From the NCBI GenBank assembly GCA_001600695.1, contig BCKQ01000010.1, positions 603,467 to 609,482 on the forward strand: a DNA stretch of 6,016 nucleotides. The letters are read 5' to 3'. The notes under the pieces were generated by a model. That model did no database searches, was not told where the DNA came from, and saw only the letters and a program-made list of their open reading frames with translations. Every line of letters starts with the position of its first letter. The stretch's first letter is position 1. Source of the stretch: Ascoidea asiatica JCM 7603 (lineage: Eukaryota > Fungi > Ascomycota). The position numbers were made by a program, and so were the translations under genes. This document shows positions 1-6,016 of this stretch, piece by piece.

Positions 1-93
1 TACCCGCTCCTATTTTCCACTAATATAAATAGGGCACTTACCTCCCATATTTTTTATATAATTTTTATATATTTTATATTTTAATTAACAATT
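1..93 (+). repeat. Terminal direct repeat, left copy (LTR segment or circular-contig overlap)
   Basis: Base-for-base identical to 5924-6016. Confidence 0.97.
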
Positions 94-164
94 GTTTATA
101 ATTTGAATTAGATATCTTCTTAGTAATAATTAGATATTTCGTTCGAACTACAATCAAATTTATT

Positions 165-170
165 AATAAA
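165..170 (+). terminator. Candidate LTR polyadenylation signal AATAAA
   Basis: About 135 nt after the TATA and followed by a T-rich tract (about 202-227), as expected near an R/U5 junction. The hexamer is common by chance in AT-rich DNA. Confidence 0.3.
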
Positions 171-382
171 TTTGGAGTATCAATTCCTTATTAGAAATAA
201 GTATTATTTTATTTTTTTATTGTTTTCTATCTTCCAAGGTAAGTCTGATCACGACTTTAAGTCTCCTATTATTATACTAACAAGAGAGGGATCTCAAAAA
301 GTGATTAATCCTCTGACATCTAATTCCCTCCTATATTATTTAGGACACTTGTGGCCGTTATAGAACATTGTTCTTAACTTTA

Positions 383-394
383 TGGTGCTTAGGG
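383..394 (+). other. Candidate primer-binding site TGGTGCTTAGGG
   Basis: Starts with TGG (complement of tRNA CCA), is GC-rich against background, and lies 3 nt after TTAACT, a near-inverse of the TGTTAA LTR start. The cognate tRNA was not identified. Confidence 0.4.
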
Positions 395-649
395 TTAATT
401 AGTGAATAGTAGTGATTTAATACAAATTGAGTTATCTCATGGTTTGAAATCCTAGTCTTCTACTCATTGCAAGTTAAAAATTAAAACCAATTTCATATTG
501 TATGGAAGTGTTAAGACAATTAAAGAATCTACTAATATATTTTCTTTAATATTACTTTCCATTTCAAATTATTTATACTACTAATACTTCAACTGATATT
601 ACTTTTTATTCCGTTTTTCTTAATTATAATACTCTATTATATTCAACTT

Positions 650-676
650 AAAAAAAAAAAAAAAAAAAAAAAAAAA
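650..676 (+). repeat. A27 homopolymer in the 5' leader
   Basis: 27 consecutive A, ending 74 nt before ATG 751. Confidence 0.95.
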
Positions 677-750
677 TTCCAAAACCAAATAATTTTTTAA
701 AATCATAACTAAAAATAATCAACACTATTTTAACTGAAAAAAATATAATC

Positions 751-2340
751 ATGACTGAAACTATTAAATGTTTATCCAAAAAATTTAATGACAACATTGC
801 CGTAAATGAAGTTACATCTAATAAAATGGATAAACAAATTACATCAGTTAGTGAATGAATCAACAAACTAAGATCTGATGTTAGTGAAAGATTTAAAAAT
901 CAAGATTCAAATACTCTTAAATACAGTAAGCATTTTGATGATTTAAGATCTACTATTACAAATCAAACATCGGATATAGATTTTATTAAAGATATGCTTA
1001 AATCCATTACATCTTCTTTATCTAAATCTTCTACAATTAATGATCCTGTTGCTCAAATTAAACAAGAAGATGCTTCTGGTTCAGACACAACTAGTGCTAC
1101 AGATAATAAAAATCTTGCTGCTCATCCAAATGTCAATACTACTGATGATGCTGATAACACTAGATTTTTTGAAGCTGAAGACAAATTCAAAGAAGAAATT
1201 CTTAAATCACCAACTATACCAGCTGCTGCTCCAAAAGTTCAAAAGCTTGCACAAGGATTTCAAGCACCCAAACAAAATAACCAGAACATATTCACTGAAC
1301 TGAATGAGGTTAATAACTGGAGATATGATCTCAATCAAATTAAATCTGATGAAATAAAGATTGAGTCTGCTGCTTGGGAGAATCCGAGGGTTGAAAGTGT
1401 TTTACTTTGGCCAGGTATGGCAATAAACAGAGATACTTCTGGTATTGGTATGGATGGTACTTCAAAACCACCAAAATTAAAACAAAATTTAATTATTGAA
1501 GGTAGACAAGGTAGAAAATTAATTCTAAAATTACAATCTATTGACACTTACTTCAAAATGAATTGGTTAAGATATGATTTGTGGGGTATAAATCTTTATA
1601 ACTATATTCCAGAATCTATGAATTTAGAATGGATTAATTTGATTAGAACCATTGCAAGAAATGGTTTAAAAAACCCTTCATAGCCTGCTTCCTGTGCTTT
1701 CATTCTCGGAGATATAGACACAGATCGAAATTATAGAGCTTTAATTCAACAATTCAAAGAAATTAAACCCTCTGAAAATGAAAAAGTTGTTGATTATATT
1801 ACAAGATTTAGAAATTCTTATGAAAGTCTTCCTTGAAATGCTGTTTCTAGTACTTTCATGAGATCAACAATTATTTCTCAAATTAAAAATGAATTTCCTC
1901 ATCAAATTCAATGGGAAACAAAATTTCCATCCAAAACAACTATTGAATTGTTCAATAAATTACTTAACTTGTTCAGTTCAAGAGATGTTTTTACAGCTGT
2001 TTCAAATGTAGTTATTATTGACAATGATATTTATATGTTCAATAATTTTGAATCAATTATTGATTCAAACTCAAAGGAAAACTTCAATGCAATTCGTTCC
2101 ACAACCAAAACTTGTGATTTCTGTAATCTCCCAGGACATTTCAGAAATACTTGTTTCTGGTATAGAAAATACAAAAAAATTGCTGAAACCGAAGCTGCAA
2201 ATAGAAACTCAAAAGGTAATTCCAATTCTAGATACAAAAACAAATATGACAAGAAGTCTAGTTCCAGAATTGCTAAAGAAGGAGTGGAGGAAGACCAATC
2301 TGAAAAGTCAGAGCTTGAACTGACCTCAGAATCCTTTTCT
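751..2340 (+). other. gag: Gag region (N-terminal helical segment, low-complexity linker, capsid-like domain, nucleocapsid); 3' boundary approximate
   Basis: MHR-like IKPSENEKVVDYITRF at 1762-1809. CCHC knuckle at 2113-2154 followed by a basic then acidic/Ser-rich tail. Lies upstream of the protease. Confidence 0.8.
2113..2154 (+). other. Nucleocapsid CCHC zinc knuckle
   Basis: CDFCNLPGHFRNTC matches C-x2-C-x4-H-x4-C. Confidence 0.93.
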
Positions 2341-2379
2341 GACGATGAACATTTTAGATTAATTAACACCAACAACAAA

Positions 2380-2700
2380 AAGTTTCCTAATAGATATTTC
2401 AATTCTTCTGTTAATGATAAACAGATGAAAATTCTTTTCGATACTGGTGCTGAATCCAACTATGTTTTTGAATCATCCTTAAAAGGCTTGGAAATCAAAA
2501 TGCTACTGCGTAAGCCTACAACAATCCATGGATTTACAGGGACAATGATAGTCAAGAATGATGTCATTTTACCACTATTCATTGAAAACTTTGGATTAAT
2601 TGACATTAAATGTGCTGTTTTTCCAGAAAGTTCAACAAAAGCTTTCGGTATTACTATTGGAAGTAGATTTCTCTACGACCATAAATTTTGTGCAAAAGGT
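2380..2700 (+). other. Retropepsin-like aspartic protease domain (boundaries approximate)
   Basis: ILFDTGAESNYV with catalytic DTG at 2440-2448, flap-like IHGFTG, and ITIGSRFL resembling the I-L-G-x-D-F-L closing motif. Confidence 0.9.
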
Positions 2701-2889
2701 AGTGATAGATTTTCAATTATGCTTTTTAACCAAGACAAAAAGTGTATTTTGAGTCCAGAAAATGTTGATGAATTTGAAAAATTTTATGTCTCAACATCAC
2801 AGTCAAATGAGGAACAAGTGTTTGATCTTAAGAAATACTCTTACTTAAATGATTCAACTCCAAGATTACCTCCAGAAGGACTGTTTAAT

Positions 2890-3700
2890 CACACTATTGA
2901 AACCACTTCTGAAACACCAATTTATATTGGAAGTTACAACTATAGTCCTCTTCAACAAAAATTCATTGATGAATTTGTTAAATCAAATCTAGAAGCTGGA
3001 TTAATTTCTGAAACTAAAAGTGGTTAGAACTTTCCATTAGTTCTTGTTCCAAAAGATGATAGAACTTATAGAGTTTGCGTTGATTATAGGAAATTAAATG
3101 CTATTAGTGTTAGGCATTATTTTCCTTTGCCATCTATTGATATCTGCCTAAATAAACTCAATGGTGCTAAATACTTCACTTGTTTGGATATGAAAAATGG
3201 CTTTTACCAAATTGCTTTAGATAATGATAGTAAAGCTAAAACTGCTTTTTCTTCCAATTCAGGTCATTATCAATTCAATGTCATGACTTTTGGCTTAGTC
3301 AATGGTACTTATACCTTTCAATCATTTATGCTGAAAATTTTAGGCCACCTACCTTATGTTATGGTTTATGTTGATGATATAATTATTTACAGCCATAATA
3401 AAGCAGATCATCTTGATCAAGTTAATGAGGTCCTTACTCAACTTGAAAAAGAAAAACTTCAATTAAATGTGAAGAAGTCAAAATTCTTTTGCAAAGAAGT
3501 TAAATTTTTAGGACATATTGTTTCCTCAGAAGGAATCAAAAGTGATCCTACAAAGATCGACAAAATCTTAAACTGGCCATTACCAAAATCAATTACTTAT
3601 AGAAGAGGTTTCATTAACTTATGCTCATATTACCGAAAATTTATTTCAAATTTGTCTCAACAAATGATCCCACTTACAGATTTATTGGTTGGGTCTCCTA
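2890..3700 (+). other. Reverse transcriptase domain (contains TAG at 3025; boundaries approximate)
   Basis: HTIET...GLISETKSG*NFPLVLVPK...RVCVDYRKLN; YFTCLDMKNGFYQI; KTAF; MTFGLVN; YVDD at 3367-3378; KFLGHIVS; YYRKFI. Confidence 0.96.
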
Positions 3701-3804
3701 AACCAGGAACAAAAATTGAATTAAAACCTTTTCAAATTGAATGCTTTACATCAATGAAAAAAACATTAACTACTGCTCCTGTTTTAAAAGCATTTGATCC
3801 TGAG

Positions 3805-4188
3805 AGAGTTGCAATTTTAGAAACTGATGCTTCTGACTTTGCTTTAGGTTGTGTATTATTCCAACCCTATAAAAATGAGAACACTGGCAAGATCCAATTA
3901 TATCCTGTTGCTTTTGAATCAAGAAAATTTTCAAAAACACAACAAAAGTATTCTGCTCAAGAGAGAGAACTTTTAGCTGTTGTTCATTCATTGGTTCATT
4001 TTCAAAAATATATTGAAGGATGCAAAATTATTGTTAGAACCGATCATGAATATCTTCAATATATTAGAACTAAATCAGATCCTGGAAAAAGAGTTAGGAA
4101 ATTCATTGAAATCATTGAACATTATGATTGTGATATTCAATATAAGCCTGGAAAACAAAATGTGGTTCCTGATTTACTATCAAGAAGG
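3805..4188 (+). other. RNase H domain (Ty3/Gypsy type)
   Basis: ETDASDFALGCVL (D 3826), YSAQERELLAVV, VRTDH and NVVPDLLSR. All four acidic catalytic positions are present. Confidence 0.94.
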
Positions 4189-4448
4189 ACTGATTTGGTT
4201 GATGAAAAAGCAAATGAGACATTAATGGAAATTGATGAACTTAATGAAACTGAAACTCAGATCAAAATCATCAAATCAATTAAGGGTTTGTGTGAAGTCG
4301 ATCTTATTAGAATTAAAGAATTTTTTCAAAATAAAGAAATTCCTAAAAATATGAGTTCTAAATTTATCTTTGCTAACTTTATTTTCTATGATAATCAACT
4401 ACATATTAGAATTCAAGATCGTTTAGCTATTGTTTTAAGTGAAGATAG

Positions 4449-5576
4449 TTTAAGGAAGTCTCTGAAAAAGTTCATCTTTCAAATGCTCACTGTTCCATTG
4501 GAAATCTAGAAAACATGGTAAATGAAAAATACTTTTATCCGGATAGTATTCTATTATTTCAAGAAGTTATTAGAGTTTGTCCTCATTGTCAGCTTATGAA
4601 AAAGCCATCAGCTATTTCTAAGACATTAACTCCAATTCCTTCTGCAACAGCCTTCTCAAGATGGGGGATGGATTATATTGGTCCTTTTCAAAAAACTTCA
4701 TCTGGAAATAAATTTTGTATCACTGCAATTGATCATGGTACAGATTATGCTTATGCTGTTGCAACACCAGATACTGGATCGTTACATGTTTTAAATTTAA
4801 TTCAAACTATCGTCACTAACCATGGTCAAATGAAAGAAATAATTATGGATAATGGTTCTGGTTTTGTTGAAAATAATGTTATTGAGAAATTAGATTCCTT
4901 AGGAATCAAATGTCGCAAAACCACTCCATATCACCCAGAGACTAATGGTAAATGTGAGAAGTTTAATGGTTTATTCAAACAAATTTTATTTCATTTGAAT
5001 GTTTCCTCAGAATGGGACCTCCTTATCAATGCTGCATTAATTCAATACAGGTCAAGAAAGTCAAAATATGGGTTTTCACCTTACTTTTTAACTTTTGGTG
5101 TATATTCAGGTTCAAGCAATAATACGCAACCTTATGCAAGAGAACCTACAGATGCCGAGGATCAAGAAGCTACTCAATTAAGAGTCTTACAAATTCAAAA
5201 GCTAAATATAAAAAGAAAGGAACATTCCAAAATTAAATGGAACATTTCAAATACCAAAAAGAAACTTCAAGAAGACAAAGCATTCATTGAAGTTTTTGAA
5301 GTAGGTGATTATGTTTTAAGACAAAGAGTTAGAAAACACAAATTAGAACCATATTATGATGGTCCACATATTGTGAAAAAGGTTTTTGTTAATAATGTTT
5401 ACAAACTTTCCACTTTAAACGGTGCTGATATTAAAAATAAAGTAAATGGTAATAGATTATTTCCTGCTTTGACTGACGATAAGCATCCAATTACAAATTT
5501 TTTCATTGATTCTCAAAAATTACTAAATGGTGATAGATCAAGATTAACTAAAATCTCAAGGGCCTTCGATTTGTAA
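4449..5576 (+). other. DDE integrase with HHCC zinc finger and GPY/F-like C-terminal module, no chromodomain
   Basis: H4473-x4-H4488-x29-C4578-x2-C4587, with both His upstream of the track's ATG 4515 in the same frame. D4671 (WGMDYIGP), D4848 (MDNG) and E4956 give D-35-E spacing. VGDYVL...KLEPYYDGPH at about 5301-5369. Confidence 0.95.
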
Positions 5577-5628
5577 ACGTGAGGCTATTTGATTGTTAAT
5601 CATTTTATTCTTTTATTGGAATTGCCTT

Positions 5629-5841
5629 CGAATATTCTAGGCTATTCTTAGACTTTCTAAGATTGCATAGATTGTTCAAGGACTACATTCTATTGCGTTC
5701 TCAGAACTTCCGTGTGCATGTTAAATGTACTAGAAGGTTCTGGGTCTGCATTATTTATTCATTCTTCGAAGCTCTGTGTGCATCTCGAATGTACTGGAAT
5801 CTTCGTGTTTGTTCTTAGAATGACGTAGTGTCTTCTAGAAC
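5629..5841. promoter_or_regulatory. Degenerate heat-shock-element (nGAAn/nTTCn) array
   Basis: cGAAt-aTTCt 5629-5638; aGAAg-gTTCt 5732-5741; cGAAt-gTACt-gGAAt-cTTCg 5786-5805; cTTCt-aGAAc 5832-5841. TTC recurs at 10-bp steps. Confidence 0.6.
5704..5804 (+). repeat. Diverged 37-bp direct repeat pair (5704-5740 and 5768-5804)
   Basis: GAACTTCCGTGTGCATGTTAAATGTACTAGAAGGTTC vs GAAGCTCTGTGTGCATCTCGAATGTACTGGAATCTTC: 28/37 identical, ungapped, by hand count. Confidence 0.8.
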
Positions 5842-5923
5842 AATACTTTATTCTATTTCTTTTCTTAAGTATGGGAAGTGAACTTTCACATACTAAATTT
5901 ACAAATTTATTCTTATGATAGGC

Positions 5924-6016
5924 TACCCGCTCCTATTTTCCACTAATATAAATAGGGCACTTACCTCCCATATTTTTTATATAATTTTTATATATTTTAT
6001 ATTTTAATTAACAATT
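5924..6016 (+). repeat. Terminal direct repeat, right copy
   Basis: Base-for-base identical to 1-93. Confidence 0.97.
5947..5954 (+). promoter_or_regulatory. TATA box TATAAATA (second copy at 24-31)
   Basis: Exact TATAWAWR with GC-richer flanks (…CCAC / GGGC…), about 105 nt downstream of the HSE-like array. The AT-rich background lowers specificity. Confidence 0.55.

Larger units (their letters stand above)
751..5576 (+). pseudogene. gag-pol: Single-frame gag-pol polyprotein (about 1608 aa reconstructed) with 4 in-frame stops and 1 frameshift
   Basis: ATG 751 is the first ATG after in-frame TAA 706-708 and shares a frame with track ORFs 994, 1858 and 3127. Interruptions are TGA 856-858, TAG 1681-1683, TGA 1834-1836, TAG 3025-3027 and a -1 shift at about 4449-4472. 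The gaps between track ORFs translate to conserved motifs (IKPSENEKVVDYITRF; NFPLVLVPKDDRTYRVCVDYRKLN; VHLSNAHC). Confidence 0.9.
1..6016 (+). mobile_element. Ty3/Gypsy (Metaviridae) LTR retrotransposon, one unit, coding region disrupted
   Basis: Motifs read in the order Gag-CCHC, PR (DTG), RT (YVDD), RNase H (TDAS), IN (HHCC, DD35E). Integrase after RT/RH fits Ty3/Gypsy rather than Ty1/Copia, and the DDE integrase excludes DIRS. Identical direct repeat at both window ends. Confidence 0.96.
5594..6016 (+). repeat. Putative 3' LTR, U3 part (start uncertain; probably continues as 94-379 when the ends are joined)
   Basis: TGTTAAT begins 18 nt after the pol stop. The region contains the HSE-like array, CRE and TATA. 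Matching inverted ends are ATTAACA (6007-6013 / 84-90) or TTAAC (374-378) just before the candidate PBS. No clear PPT confirms the start. Confidence 0.5.

Noticed and set aside
7-334. CTCCTAT recurring at 7, 263 and 328, and TAGATAT at 109 and 131
   Set aside because: Short 7-mers with irregular spacing; cannot be separated from chance without family alignments.
172-363. 63-aa + strand ORF
   Set aside because: TTG start, low-complexity AT-rich translation, lies in LTR/leader sequence and has no recognisable motif.
439-452. Alternative PBS CA|TGGTTTGAAATCC
   Set aside because: It would imply an AU-rich, atypical tRNA acceptor stem, and I found no matching inverted LTR start; weaker than 383-394.
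389-455. Hammerhead ribozyme or tRNA-like element (three stems, GAAA after a hairpin, GGTTTGAAATCC resembling a T-arm)
   Set aside because: The required CUGAnGA core is absent (TAATACA in that position), and there is no cloverleaf or proper GTTCRA. CTGATCAC at 245 also lacks a downstream GAAA core.
648-866. 72-aa - strand hydrophobic ORF ending in poly-Phe
   Set aside because: Antisense reading of the A-rich leader and A27 tract; the hydrophobicity is compositional.
1040-1547. Alternate-frame ORF 1040-1303 (+) and antisense ORF 1335-1547 (-)
   Set aside because: Shadow ORFs of gag codon bias (Leu/Ile/Met-rich off-frame pattern) with no motifs.
2018-2459. Overlapping ORFs 2018-2323 (+) and 2031-2459 (-, 142 aa)
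   Set aside because: They fully overlap the CCHC/protease coding frame and have no independent support. The antisense one is the longest but shows no recognisable domain.
856-3027. Established alternative genetic code (TGA=Trp or TAR=Gln)
   Set aside because: There are 12 Trp TGG codons versus 2 TGA in very AT-rich DNA, and no internal TAA despite abundant Gln. A long-reassigned code should use these codons far more.
3770-4225. ORFs 3770-3991 (-) and 3980-4225 (+)
   Set aside because: Shadows of the RNase H frame.
5629-5841. CRISPR-like repeat-spacer array
   Set aside because: The repeats are degenerate decamers plus one diverged pair, with no constant repeat and unique spacers, and no cas genes.
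5370-5923. Chromodomain or env-like third ORF
   Set aside because: The integrase tail after the GPY/F-like module lacks chromodomain aromatic motifs, and no ORF is listed downstream of 5576.

Overview
The window is one AT-rich Ty3/Gypsy (Metaviridae)-type LTR retrotransposon on the + strand; the host is presumably eukaryotic but cannot be identified from sequence. The four long + strand ORFs in the track are pieces of a single gag-pol frame from ATG 751 to TAA 5574-5576 (about 1608 aa once repaired). Domain order is Gag with CCHC knuckle, protease, RT, RNase H, then integrase (HHCC, DD35E, GPY/F-like; no chromodomain, no env). The frame is broken by four in-frame stops (TGA 856, TAG 1681, TGA 1834, TAG 3025; none TAA, all one G>A from Trp TGG) and one -1 frameshift near 4449-4472. 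Bases 1-93 and 5924-6016 are identical, so the window is either a circular/collapsed single-LTR unit or is cut inside both LTRs. The 3' non-coding region holds a 10-bp-phased heat-shock-element-like array, a CRE and a TATA box. The 5' region has a poly(A) signal, a splice donor and branch point, a candidate PBS and an A27 tract. The most intriguing signals are the Trp-type-only stops and the phased stress-element array. LTR boundaries, PBS and PPT are not firmly resolved.
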